A stretch of DNA of 64,000 bases from Schizochytrium sp. TIO01 (GCA_004764695.1 SMSO01000014.1:5218845-5282844), one strand, 5' to 3'; counted from the stretch's first letter, positions 40,265 through 53,458 are shown. Translations and numbers: made by a program. The notes: a model not told the origin generated them from the sequence alone.

Positions 40265-42162
40265 ATTGCTTTCTACTTTCTTCGTCTCGTTCGTTTTTTT
40301 GTTTATTAAAATTTAGTTTCAGAATATTTTTTTTAAAAAGTATATACAATAGTACAGAATTTATTATATATATAATATGTCTATTTTTATTTTTATTAAT
40401 ATGGAGATGGTTTTTTGTTTCTTTTTTAAATAAAAACATAGATTAGGTTGTATCGTGCTGACTTCTTTCTACATTTAAATAGTTGCTTACTGTAATCGAA
40501 AAGTCATTCTTTACCGTAATTTATAAGTACTTCAGTAAATCAGCGATAGGTATTTGGAGAGAGTGATTGACAATTCCTAAAGCTAGGAGCAAAGGTTTGC
40601 TTCATCTCTCTTTCTCTCTAAACAGCGTATAATGAGTTTTTAACTTCGCAGAGTCATATCCCCACAATACAAATATTGGAAAATGTGCGCAAAGACACCG
40701 ATTCAATGGGGTGCCGGTCGTTTTGTTTTTAAAGGGATGAAAAGAAGTTCAAAATGGCTATTCCATGAATGAGTCTTCCTTTCGGAGTAATAGAAACAAA
40801 AGCAACATTGTGCTGTCCAAATCGCACAACTTTTATCAAAATGGACTGCATAAGTTTTTGGTTTTTCTTCAGCTTTAGTCTGATCTAGTTAATTTGATTC
40901 AATATGCTTTTGGCTTGCTCGATATGATACTAAATTAGAAATATGAAAATCTGGCTTATACTTTCGATTGTAAAATTAAAGTATTGCTATAATGATAAAT
41001 TGTTTATTTTAGGTATTATTATTTTTGTTGTTGGGGGGGGTAACATTATACCACATCTTTTGGTTTTGGTTAGGTTTTTGTTTTTTGTTTTTTTGTTCTT
41101 CGGGAACTTTACCCTCGCAAGGCTTCACTACCTTTACCAACTATCGAAGGACTATTTGCTCGATTTTTTGGACTGTGAAGGCATTCAAAAGTTTGTTTTA
41201 TAATCTTGCGGGAATCGCTGGAGCTCTCCATGGCTTTCCAATAAAGGCAGATGTTACCAAGGCGGCAGCCTTTTACAAATTTAAAAAATAAATTTAAAAA
41301 ATTGTACTTCAATGACCTGAACAGTAAGGGACAACTTTTATAAAAACAAAACAAAAAAACTGGACTGGTTATTTTTTCTAATTGAAATAATTCGTTCCTC
41401 TTTTATGTCTGCTTCAAGCTCTTCAAGAAACCAAGGCATGACATTTTCTATGAACAATGTTTCCCCCCTTTATAATGAAAATTTTATACACATTAATTAC
41501 CAAGGGGATTGCTAAATTATGGTTTAGGAATTATTATAGGGGCACATAAACATTCTGAACATTATGCAGATAGATAATCTATTGGTAGTGCTCCTCACGT
41601 CATCATGGTAGATCGATTATTAATCTCTCGTTTTTATTGTATGTTTATTTTATTTTTAAAAGTTGTGCTGTGGAAATTCTAGCTACAGCTTGCTTATGGA
41701 AGTTTTTCTATGATGGTTATCATTCTACTTTTAAAAATAAAAGTTTGAAATTTGAAGAAATTTTCGATCGCCGAATTTCGGTATCGTGGGCAAAGAATCT
41801 CTCGGTGAGTTCATAGCGTCCAAACCCGGAATAGTACAAAGCAGCGTGGATTACAGTTCTTCGTTGTTTGGTATACCCACGGTGCGTAGTATTCTAGAAC
41901 AGCGGAAGCTGCTGCCTTGTCTCCACGCCAGTGCCAGCGGCTTGTAATACACAAGGTTTTTGGGGGAGCTCTGTGAATTGGAAACATCGAATTTACTTGC
42001 CCCAGTCTAAGTGCTCATCTGTGAGCAAAAGTATCGAACCCTCTAAAAAGGTTGACTAGCCTAAGGGCTCAACATTAAATAATTCCTTCCCTTGGAAGCT
42101 AGTAATCAGGGCCCGAAGTCTTCGAGTTTTAGGCAACCCAAGGAAAAACAACAACAAAAAAC

Positions 42163-45100
42163 ATGTTTGGAGCAACTCCAACTAGCCTCAATAGTAACGA
42201 TGCTGAGGTCGCCCATCTAAGAGAACTTCTCAGAGTACATCAGCAGCAGTCTTATGAAATGAAATTTGCTGCTGAAAAGAGGATCGAAGAATACTCTAAC
42301 GCGTATAACAACTTTGTGAGCCAAAGTAGAATGGAGCTAAATGTGCTGCAGCAGCAGCTTCAGGCACGAAATGAGGAGCTATTTCAAAACAACCAAGTTT
42401 TTTCCAATGAGCTCAAAGAGAAATCTGGGGTCATCTCCGAGTTACAGCAAGAGATTAGTAACACTCATGCCAAACTTCATACGATTGAAACAGAAAAGAA
42501 TACAATCCTTGAACAAAATGCGCATCTGGAGACGGAAATTGAAAAGCACAAACTTGAAGGATCGCTCGAGGTACAAGACGTGCGGAATAATTTAGCAGAA
42601 GCGCTGCGCGAGAATCAAGAATTGAAACAACAATGCCAAGAGCATGTAGACATTATCCATGTACGAGAAGGACAGTTAGAGGAAAAGTCTGAAATGGTGC
42701 TTTGTTTGGAGCGTGACTGTAAAACCTACAAAGATGAGATAAAGGGTTCACTTTGAAGAAAAGGAGTTGCACTTGAAGCAACTGTCTGACGCAAAGCTAA
42801 TCCAGTCATCCCAGGACTCTGCGTATGAGGCTCTTGCCAAACTCAACAAGAAAAATGAAGAACTTCTTTCTGAAGCTCTTAAATCAGCAAACTCTGAGAA
42901 GGAGATTTATGCTGAAGAGAAAGCTTCTCATGTGCAGAAATTGTCCGATTTCGAGCAAGTTTTGGCGTCTCAAAACTCTGCTTATGAGGCTCTCGCTAGG
43001 ATCAATAAAGAAAACGAGAATCGTCTTTCTGCAGCTCTAAAAATGGCAGAGTCAAAGGACCAGGCTTACGCCAAAGAGAGAACACTGCACTTGCAGCAAC
43101 TGTCGGACATAAGGCTCATTCTAGCGTCTCAGGACTCCGCTTATGAGACTCTCGCTAAACTTAGCCAAGAAGAGAAAACACGGCTTGCTGCAGATTTGGC
43201 TACAGCGAACTCGGAGAAGGCCTCGCGTGAATCTGAAATCGAGAGTCTTTGCAAACAGAATGCAGAGCTCGCAAATTCTCTTCTCCAGTTGGAAATTCAA
43301 CTTGGAGATTGTTTAAATGAGCTGAAGACATTTTCAACAGAGCTTAGAGCTGCTAGGACAAACACAGAAAACCTGAATGACGTCTTGCAAGGATCCAAAT
43401 CAGAGTTTGAATCAGATTCTGAAGCAGAACTTGAAACGGCGATCGAGGAAAAAATTGATGAAAATATCAAGACAGACCCAGAAGAACATGTCTCTCAAGT
43501 CTTAGAGAAAAACCTGAGAATTTCAGAAAAGGCAACGAAACACAGCTCTACGCCACTCAAAGACTCGTTACCTACAATAGAGCAGAAGGAACTAGACTCA
43601 AGCATGGAAGAAACTATGGATGAGGACCAGAAGAAACCTTCCTTTAGTTCAGAAGAAGCGATGCAACTCTTGCACAGATGCAAGCGACATACTAAGACGC
43701 TTGAAGTTGAGCAAAAATGGGTACGAAAAACATTTTGCCATCTTCAAACCCAGATTCAAAGCCTTGAAGATACTTCGGATATTTTGATGGATATTGCTGA
43801 GAACATGTCGATGCACGGAGTAGATTTAGGGAATGGAGGAATCAAACTTAAAACTTGGCGTAAGAGCCACCCCAAGCGTAGCAAACAATGCCAGGATTCC
43901 ATGGACTCTACTCCAAAAACGAAGTCCAAAAATCAAAATCAGGAATCTCGACGGCGGCCTCGCTCAATGGAAATGTCACAATATGATATTCTCTTGTTAG
44001 AACAGAATGCTATCGAAATGATGAGCACGAGTAAAAGGCCAAGACGAAATGAGCCACGGAAGAGCACAACTCATAAGCAGGCAGCAACTGTTGTAGTCGA
44101 TATCACAAATACTCCCGAGCTGGTGAACATTTATCGCACTTCGCAAAATGATGGTGTGAACCTTAACTCTAGTAGCCAAAGTAAAGACAGCGGTCTGCGT
44201 CAAATCAATGCGTCACACGCTGAGGAATCTGTTAATAAAGGCTCTCACACAGGACATTCAAAACAGAAACATGCCTGCCTGAAGCGTCGCTGGAATAATT
44301 TTCGTAGTAAGGCTCAGATGCATTTGAGCCGATACTTCGAATGTGCCCTGACGAAATGGCAAAACAGCCGTACAGAGCAGCCTGATAAGAACACAGCACA
44401 TGCTAACTATGCTTATGGCCATTCGCTCCTTCTTCATATGAATAGCCTCATGTCCAAAATGCGTTGGTCGTGTAGTTGTGGTTGTATGATTGACCAATCG
44501 AAGCCTTGTGAAAGCACCTTAGCTAGGTCTTTGAAATCAACCCAGGAGTACGTATTAAAGCTTGAGCATTACCTTGGCGAGGCAATACTCTTTGAGCCAT
44601 CTTCTGAAAATGAAGATTATTCATACAACCTTTATGATGATGAAAAGAGGTTTAACTGCTTACTTGAAAAACTCACATCATATGCGAGAAAGTTGCAAGA
44701 TGCAACTTTGGAAGGCAAAACTACAGGAAAGAAACGGAGCTCTCGTGCAAACTCGCTCAAGGGAGCTAGCGCGCAAGAAATTCGGAGCCAACTGAGCTCA
44801 CTTTTGCAAATGCTTGAAGGTCTCTCACCCTTTAAGAGTGAGAATCAAAGTGTAGACAGTCATGGCCAGGAATCGTCGACAAATTCAGTGCGAGCATCCT
44901 CTGCGTCTTCCAATCCCCAAGCAAGTGTAATGGCAGATCTTCGACAGCTGATTGAGCAGCTTGGGCTCAATGATACCTTTTCTACCAGGAACGAAACTCC
45001 CGCCAGAAATGAAGTTGTTGATTTACCGAGCAATGCATCAGATACAAGCATGGAGCCAAACGCGGCGCAGCTTCTCAAAGCTGCCAAGGACCTTAAAAAT

Positions 45101-45748
45101 CACAAGTTTGAAGATCCTTATGAATTAGTGAATGGAGTCCTTCAAACTTGGCAATCTTGTGTCAGTAACATGTCGGCTTGGACGGAAAACACTGATTTGG
45201 CCTCCTGCTTCACTCATTTAGAGCACATTAATTGTATGCATCATCGACTGGTGCTAATCTACAACGAGATTCGACACCATACTAGCCAACTAGCGAATGA
45301 CCTTCAAGCTACAATTAAGGCAAAAATGATTCAGCCTGGACACGAAGTTAACTCCACCTGCAAGCCGTTTGTTGACGGGCTTATAGCTCTCAGGGCTGCT
45401 ACAAATGATATTCTGAGTACAAACGAAGGCGCGTCCAAAGTCATTTTTGACTCTTCTTCAAGTAAATTGGGACTTCTGTTCACGAAGAAGACAGGCCATT
45501 CTGTCACGAACTATTGGGACCACATTATTAGTCAACCAAGGTTTTTCAAGGTTGACAAGATTCTTTGGAGGAATCGCTTCAAACATGATGTGACAAGTGC
45601 GTCTCTTCGATGGAGGGGCACTCAGACTTTAACGCATCAGTTCCTGATATATGAATCATACTGTCAAGACTTCGAAGCAGAAGTGCATGGCAGAGGCCGT
45701 CCGAAGTGCCAAGCGCTATCGGCAGCTACGGAGAGACGAGATCGATGA
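42163..45748 (+). CDS. Large coiled-coil protein (~1190 aa if joined), interrupted by a +1 frameshift near 42741-42756
   Basis: ORF 42163-42756 (ATG in AAAAACATG context) is continued by a +1-frame ORF open from 42743 that has no nearby ATG. Both encode heptad-rich sequence, and the 53-aa repeat register crosses the junction. Confidence 0.75.
42755..43230 (+). repeat. Three imperfect 159-bp (53-aa) intragenic repeats
   Basis: ACTCYGCKTATGAGRCTCT at 42816, 42975 and 43134 (159-bp spacing). Protein motif HxxxLSD...SQxSAYExLA appears three times. Confidence 0.9.
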
Positions 45749-45932
45749 AGAAGAAGACAATACTGATGATGATATGGTGCTGCCTGCATCAAAACGAAAG
45801 CACCAATCTTAAAAGACTTTGTGTGTCTCGGTATGTCATTCTGTATTCGACACCGATGTAATGTCTCAAACTTCATGGACTTTCACAGATTATATAAATA
45901 TGACGGTCCGCAAGAATATGTATAGATTAAAA

Positions 45933-46115
<183 letters not shown>

Positions 46116-46905
46116 TATTAAATAAACTGATTTTAAAACTTAACTTTCAGTAACATACTTGAGATGGCTGGATTTGATGACTGGCAAACAATGGATAGAG
46201 AAAATAGCAGTAATTTATGGCTTATGCACATATATCTCTTTTCCCTTTAAAGTTGTTATGCTGATATGTGTGTTTAAAGACACTGCAAGAAGAGTTTACG
46301 ATTTCAAATGGAGATCAGATATAGTACTTCCGAACATGATCATTTTCATCTCACGCCTGAAATTGTGGATTAAAAGAAGAATCAAAGAAGGCTGCATTAC
46401 AATATTGCTCAGCTGTATTATGGTTCAAACAATCCTGGTGCATTCATTTAGTAATCAACTGAATGTAGAGTTGCATTTATACTGAGTCTAGAGAGAAAAC
46501 CAAATTGGGTTATAGCAAAAGAAAGATCGGCGACTTATGCTAGAGCGACCTGGAAGACTCATTAAAGACATAAACTGGATTGATTATTCATATAAAAACA
46601 TTCAAATTGGTCCACTGTCGGGCGGCCTGATAAACAATTTCACATAAGGAGTTCACTTGAACTTTCTCTTTACTAATATTAAAATATACAGAAAGGGCCA
46701 AGACTGCAGCTTCTGCAATTCGAGTAGTTTGTACCAAGTAGTTTAATAGGTCTTAGTTTCTATAGGTTCGCATAAAAATCAGTGAACCTGCAACTAAGAG
46801 CAGAATCAGCTCATGTAGAGGTCTCCAAAAGTACATATAAAAAGTTGACTGGTTCAAGACATCAGAAAGGAATCAGAAGCAGATATGAGTGTAAGTTTAA
46901 GCGGT

Positions 46906-48735
46906 TTACAGAGGTTTCTGCAGAAGGAAGCGGTGGTAAGCATCATTGGCTGTCTCTTCAACGAAATAAAAACCAACGTCCTGAAGAAAGTCATCAATAG
47001 CAGCATGGCCTGCTGGTGTATCCTCATCGGCCTGGAGCCCAACGAGAACACGGCCGACATCAGCTCCATGGTTGCGATAGTGAAAAAGAGAGATGTTAAA
47101 GCGGCGTTCAGAAGATGTGTGGACCTTCTCGAGAAACTCGCGAAGGGCACCAGGGCGTTCAGGAAATTCGAAGCGGAAGAGGCGCTCCTGGCCGGGTTGA
47201 AGTGCGCGTCCACCTGAGAGATAGCGAATGTGGGTCTTGGCCAAATCATTATTGCGAAGATCATACACCTTATATGCAGACTCACCCTTGAGCTCAGCAA
47301 GAACCTTCTCCCGATCATCAGCAGAAGTTGCCTGGAAGTTAAGGATGATCTTGGCCTCTCCATCGTTACTGGGGTCATACCTGTATGAAAACTCGGTTAC
47401 ATTGCGAGGGTAAACGCGGTTGTACAAGTCCCAAAAAGCACCGCGTTGCTCAGGGATTTCAATAGCAACAAGGTTCTCAGAAGAGTCCGCGCGCTCTGAC
47501 ACAAACCGAAGACGGTCAAAGTCCATGTTTGCTCCGGAAGCAACAGCAATGAGGGTCTTGCCCTGAACACCAGTCGTAGCTACGTAGCGGACGAGGGCGG
47601 CAATGCTCAGCGCACCAGCAGGCTCGAGAACAACGCGGGTATCATTGAATCCTGCCTTGATGGCAGCACAGATTTCGTCGGTAGTTACAGTAATAGTTCC
47701 AGAGCAAAGCTCCTTAACCAGCGGGAAGGTGTTCTTGCCAACAGTGCGAACCGAAGCACCGTCAGCAAAGAGACCTACCTGGGGCAAGGTGACAACCTTG
47801 CCGGCAGCCAAAGATGCGGTCATGCCAGCAGCATCATCTGCCTCACAGCCGATCATGTGTACATGCGGAAGCACCTTCTTCACATAGGTAGAAACACCAG
47901 CCATGAGGCCACCGCCTCCAATCGTACAAAAAATGGCTTCCAGGTTTTCTTGAGCCTCGCTCGGGAGTTGCTTAACAATCTCCATTCCAACAGTACCCTG
48001 ACCGCAGATAACAAGAGGGTCATCAAATGGGTGGATAAGGGTACGTCCTTCTGCGGCGAGACGAAGTGCCTCTGCTTGGGCCTCATCGTAGTTGTTGCCG
48101 ATCAGAAGTACATTACCGCCGTTCTTCCTGACGGCATCGACTTTGATGCGGGGAGTAGCCTTAGGCATGCAGATAACTGCGTCAATGCCCAAGCGCTTGG
48201 CAGAGAGTGCCAAACCTTGGGCATGGTTACCAGCTGAGCAAGCCACAACTTTGAGGTCGTCCGCGGTCTTTCCCTCGCGCTTCATATCGCTAAGTAGGGA
48301 GGCCAATTTGTTGTACGCACCTCGGATCTTGAACGAGTGTACTGGAGTTAGATCCTCGCGCTTGAGATAGACGTCATTGCCGGTCAAAGCGGACAAGGCA
48401 GGAGCATACTGCAAAGGTGTCTCCTCCATGACCTGGTACACACGGCTTTGGGCGTTAAGAATTCCGCGAAGGTAGTCATCGATGAGCTGCTCTTTGCGCA
48501 AGAGGTCAAGACCAGCGTTAAAGCGGCTACTGGTGAGATTACCTGTAAGGCTCTCGGGAAGGTCCGCGGGCCAGGTACCTGAGGTTGTGCGAGGAATACC
48601 ACCGGACTTTTCAGAGTTTCCTGAGCTGCTCAGATAGCGACGTGAAACCTGAGTAGAGGTGTTTGCGGCTGCCCGAAGTCCAGTGCGTTGCCACAGGCCT
48701 TTTGTGGTTGTTGTTGTCGTTGCCAAGCTCACCAT
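46906..48735 (-). CDS. ILV1: Biosynthetic threonine dehydratase (deaminase), probably mitochondrion-targeted
   Basis: LKREDLTPVHSFKIRGAYNK (PLP lysine), SAGNHAQG, HPFDDPLVICGQGTVG, GGGGL, EPAG, SGANMDFDRLRFV, plus two C-terminal regulatory repeats (IPEQRGAF, FPERPGAL, SLFHYRNHG). Arg/Ser/Thr-rich, acid-free N-terminus. Confidence 0.96.
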   Translation of the reverse strand: MVSLATTTTTTKGLWQRTGLRAAANTSTQVSRRYLSSSGNSEKSGGIPRTTSGTWPADLPESLTGNLTSSRFNAGLDLLRKEQLIDDYLRGILNAQSRVYQVMEETPLQYAPALSALTGNDVYLKREDLTPVHSFKIRGAYNKLASLLSDMKREGKTADDLKVVACSAGNHAQGLALSAKRLGIDAVICMPKATPRIKVDAVRKNGGNVLLIGNNYDEAQAEALRLAAEGRTLIHPFDDPLVICGQGTVGMEIVKQLPSEAQENLEAIFCTIGGGGLMAGVSTYVKKVLPHVHMIGCEADDAAGMTASLAAGKVVTLPQVGLFADGASVRTVGKNTFPLVKELCSGTITVTTDEICAAIKAGFNDTRVVLEPAGALSIAALVRYVATTGVQGKTLIAVASGANMDFDRLRFVSERADSSENLVAIEIPEQRGAFWDLYNRVYPRNVTEFSYRYDPSNDGEAKIILNFQATSADDREKVLAELKGESAYKVYDLRNNDLAKTHIRYLSGGRALQPGQERLFRFEFPERPGALREFLEKVHTSSERRFNISLFHYRNHGADVGRVLVGLQADEDTPAGHAAIDDFLQDVGFYFVEETANDAYHRFLLQKPL

Positions 48736-51700
48736 TGTGAACGAAGAATCAAAGAACGAAGAACGAGTGACAACACAACAATCAACAAGATGGAGTGTAG
48801 GTGACTCACAACAGTCGCTGACTTACCTCCTTACTTAGCCACCCCGGAACGGAGTTGGAGAAGAGGAAGCGAAGGAAATGTGCAAACAAAGGCAGAAGTG
48901 CTAAAGGCAAAGGACGACACCCTTCGCCGTCCGTCAAGCCTTTCTAGCTCTAGAGTTGCTAGTCAGGATTCAATGTCTGCTCGCTCTCTGTAAAATTACT
49001 TCAAGCAGCACAGCCGCATATTGTTCTTTTCTACCAACACTAATTAGTAATATAGTATTATTGCTTAATAGAAATTTATTTTAAAGGAAAAAGTTCTATT
49101 CAACTTAGTCGCCTAACAATAATATGAAGTATATTGCATCATGGAGGATAATAGTAGCATACTTTTCTAGAGAAAAATAATGATTAAAACTCTAGGTTCA
49201 AAGTAAGATAGATAAGAAAGCCAAAGCAAGCAAAGGTAGCAGAAGGTAACTACGTGCCCAGGTATGCTAATGCTACCTGCAGAAACCTTGAACTAAACGA
49301 ACAATGTTCTTTTATCTGTGTTGCACTACTTAAAGATGACAATCTCATGTAAATTGCACTATTAGTTCTAATAGGCTTTGATGTGAGACTGAACATCAGC
49401 AAAGGTGCAACCTGAAAAATACCCTATTAGACCTACCATGGAAAAGCCTACCTAACTAGTACTTTCAACGATATATAGCTACTATCATGATTAGTTAAAA
49501 TATTAATAGGCTCTACTGCTTATCATTAACTTTTTCTGTTTTCTTCACTTTTCTTACTTCAGCCAAGGAGAACTCTCATAGAAAACACACCTACAACGCT
49601 ATATACTTATTATATGTGATGTAAAATAAGAAAGAGTGCCTACTAGGTAGGAATACTAAAATGTAGTGCATTCCAGTTGCTCTATATATGACATTATTGC
49701 ATCCACCCACCTTCCTCGAAATTTACTTTCTTCTTCTTTTTCATTGAACTCTGCAGCCAAGTTTACATCTGCACAAAGTTAGTATTAGTGCCTCTAGTAA
49801 GCTCCCTTTTTAGTTTCGAATGTTATGGTATGTGCCAAACTAACTTGCTAGTAAGCAGAGCAAACGTGTGGTTGTTTGCTTGTTTGTTTATTCCTTTTTG
49901 AGCCTTTGCCAGGAACACGCCAACTTTTCTTTCCTCTTTCTACTTTTCTTCTTTTTCTTCTTCTTTTCTACTTTTTCTTCTTCTTCCTTCGAGTGAAACC
50001 AGATAGATTGCTAGATAGATAGGACTTTACTAAGACCCCAGGCCATTGGTCATTGTTTTCGGAACGCACCCCGATGTTAATCCTTCCTTCCTGTGGCTTC
50101 GCCTGTTCGTGTAACACGCATCCGATCTTTCGCATCAATCGCAACAATCAATCAGCCAAGCTAACCATGTTGCTTCTACCTATGTTGGTGTTTGGAGTAC
50201 AGGGCTCATACGCAACCACATAAAACGAGCATGTGAAGTGCCGGTGCTATATAGCAGACGATGGTCGTTTTGGATAAAGTAAGTAGCACTACTAGGGTAC
50301 CCACATGATAAGCTAGAACCCACTCTGAAGACTTCGAGCGGAAACAAACTAAATTCGAGGCCATTGTTTCAAAGATGTCGATTAAAATTAGCCCGAAAAT
50401 ATTCTAATTCATTATAAAGTGGTTGCAATCGAAAGAATCTCAAGCACTGATTGCTATTTTGGAAATGATAGCTTCGTAAGCTTGTGCAGGATAAAGTCTT
50501 ATCAAGCGTAGTCGCCTATTTGTAGATTGAAAAAGCCTGGCCTCAAAAAGCAAAACAAGAAAACCTTGATGGAAGTACCTAGGTTTTAAAACAGCCATAT
50601 AGCTAAGGATATTAATTATCCTACAAGGTACCAGGGGTTTTGTCTTTTGCTTTGCATTGTGTTTGTTAGTACCTCTTTCGATCGGTAACTGTGAGGCAAA
50701 TAGCTGCAGGTAAATCTGCTACTTATTTCTTATTTTTCGTCTTCAAGTATCTACATTAAGATTTTGAGAACAGGACCCCTAGTCGCCCAAAACTTCACAA
50801 AATCTATATATGTTGCACAGAGCAATTGAACTATGTTATGTTGAATAATGAGTTCTTGTGTATGTAGGTATGAGTCCCACACCTATCATAAGGAAGGATG
50901 CTTTTCTATTAGTTGGGCTTATACTAGGTTTAATAGGAGAACCCTGGCTCTAGCTAGTGGGCACGCATACAATCTACATGGTGCATTCGATAACATGCCA
51001 TATATCTTGTTAGAATCCAAGTGTCGGCGAAAGTGAGAACTAGCATTTAGGACCAAGGTTCTGCAATATTTTTGGTAAGAGCAAAACGTGCTTGCTCATT
51101 ACAGCTTTGTTGGAAGAAGGGTGCTAGATAATTTATGTAAAGTCTGGACTCTCGTTGTTAGTACTAGTACTCAATTGAATTAGTGTACACCGCCGGCGAA
51201 TGTCTAAGTACATGCAATGCATTCTATTTTTTCTGTGTCTGATGTAAATTGAATACAATATGGGTAATACTGCTGACAAAAATGCGAATATGTAGTAGGC
51301 TTGCCCTGATGTGTGTGTGGTCTTGTTTGCTCATGAGAGGTACAGTTTGATAAAGATTACTCTCGACGCATCAAGACTTGCTTATGTGCGTCCTGGTGGA
51401 GTTACCTATAACACTCCTATAGGTTCTGCAGATGTCTGTAACTTTTGTGAAGCTTTTTACTAGTTGATATTAGTTAGTATACATAATTGTTCTGCAAAAC
51501 GAGTTGAAACTTAACTTATGTGAGCGCTTCAGAAAGTCCCAACTTCTCTATATACGTGAGAAGGCTCTTGACTAGTTAAAATTAGGATGTTCACTTTCTC
51601 TCTACACTCAAGGCTTACAACAGTTTGCTTGGGTAGTGTTCTGATTATACTATCTGCACGCCCTACTAGTCAATTAAATCACCTTCCCTGGTCCCATCAA

Positions 51701-52573
51701 TCATTTCAGTTGGAATATAACTCTCAAAACATATAGTTCATACCGCTATTTAAAAAATCAAACAAGTGGTTTCCAGCATATTTCTAAATTTATCAATTCT
51801 TTGCTTAGTTTTTTAAGGCCGAATTTACTCGTAAGCGAAAGTCCTCTGATTAGTCAGAATAGTGATCATAAGAGAAGCATAGCAGCTACTATGCCTAGCA
51901 GTAAGGTCATAGAAGAGATTTTGGCCTGGAAGTCACAGAGTTGTCCTACCAGTAGCCTTTCTAGCCCCTTTCTAGGCTTCATTCTTGATTATAAACCAAC
52001 CAAGGTAAAGGTGCCCAGTATCCTTACTACAAATATAGACTACCAGTAGTATGTAATACTCTTTCGAGTTAAATGAGCAAGCGCAAAAGAATTAACTATA
52101 TAGGGCCTACTATGTCAACCATTCTTATACCCTGATTACTACCTAGCGGTTAGTATTAGAATGAGTAGTGTTAGTAGTTTCTCAAGGATACCAAAAGAGA
52201 AAAGACCAAAAAACAAGAACAAAACAATCCTGCTAAGATACTTCATATTAGAAACATTAATAGTTTACCATCATCATCACTTTCTAATTAGTCTTTCGCA
52301 TCATGCTCTCCAAACTCCTCAAGCCAAGACCGGCAAAGCAGGGACGCCCACGCTGCAGTGTTTTGTGCAGAGGGTCTCTTCGCGGTTTGCGAGAAGGAAG
52401 AGCAGGTAACGGCTGACACGCCTTATCCTTAGCTCGTTCAAGGAAGGATAAAGTCCACACAGCGATTGAGCTTGTTCAACGATCTGTCAACGACCCAGGG
52501 TGACGTGGGCTCGCAACCTTCACAAACGCCGACAGAAGTTGAATAATTAAAAGTAGAAGCCTACGTGTGAACC

Positions 52574-52628
52574 ATGGGTCTTTTCCAATCTTGCTTTGAG
52601 CAGGAGTCGGACCTTGCCACCCCCTACC

Positions 52629-52660
<32 letters not shown>

Positions 52661-53458
52661 AAGTCTCGGGAAACTCAGCAGGAGGGCCAGCAACAGCAAC
52701 AACAACAACAACAACAGATTGCATCTGGATCCCAGACATCAGCCTCTGCAAGTCCTGTGAAGAATTCCGATGCCCCTCCATCTTATGTAGAGGCCGCACG
52801 CCTTTCCCAGCAGCAACAGCAAAACTCCTCACAGTCGACTACGGCTACCCCCGCCGCGAACCCTGCCCCCGCCGCTGCGACCACAGCCAAAGATACGCCC
52901 ATGGTTGAAGAGACTAAGCCAACTACTGAGACCTCTGCCGCCAAAGAAGCTAGCAAGCCTGTATCTGTCGAGAAGGAATCCTCTCCTGAACCTACGAAAG
53001 AGACCCCTGCCCCCAAAGAACCCGAGGTGATCAAGCAGGTTTCTGAGAAGTCCACAGAAACTACTGAGAAGCCATCTAGCAAAGTAGAAACTGCCCTCAA
53101 GTCTGAGGAACCAAAGTCTGATCTGTCCGAAAGTGCGAAGGAAGAGGCGAAAGCACCTAAGGAGGAAGAGAAGGAAGAGGTAACTATTGCCGCAGAGAAG
53201 GAGGCAGATCAGAAGCTCTCTGTCGAAACATCTACTCCCAAAGATTCATCGACAAACGAAGCTGCTAAAACTCCTGCCACTACTGAGTCTACCTCATCTG
53301 CTAACGAGGAGGCAACCTCTCCGAATGACGCAGACAGCAAAACCAATGGCGAAGATGACGAAGCCTCCGCTGAGACGGATGGTGCCTCTAATGCCTCTTC
53401 CAATGCCTCCAAGAGCAAAAAGAAGCGCAACCGGAGGAAGAAGAAGTCCAAGAAGTAA
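52574..53458 (+). CDS. Intrinsically disordered protein with N-myristoylation/palmitoylation motif and polybasic C-terminus
   Basis: 294-aa ORF, GAACCATGG start context, coding-like codon use. Begins MGLFQSC, has polyN/polyQ and an E/K/S/T/A/P-rich body, ends KSKKKRNRRKKKSKK. Confidence 0.85.

Noticed and set aside
41268-41277. GCCTTTTAC resembling U5 snRNA loop 1
   Set aside because: No enclosing stem and no rest of the U5 structure.
48821-48828. Minus-strand donor AG|GTAAGT upstream of threonine dehydratase
   Set aside because: No good acceptor before the ATG, and the unspliced N-terminus already looks like a mitochondrial presequence; unresolved without RNA data.
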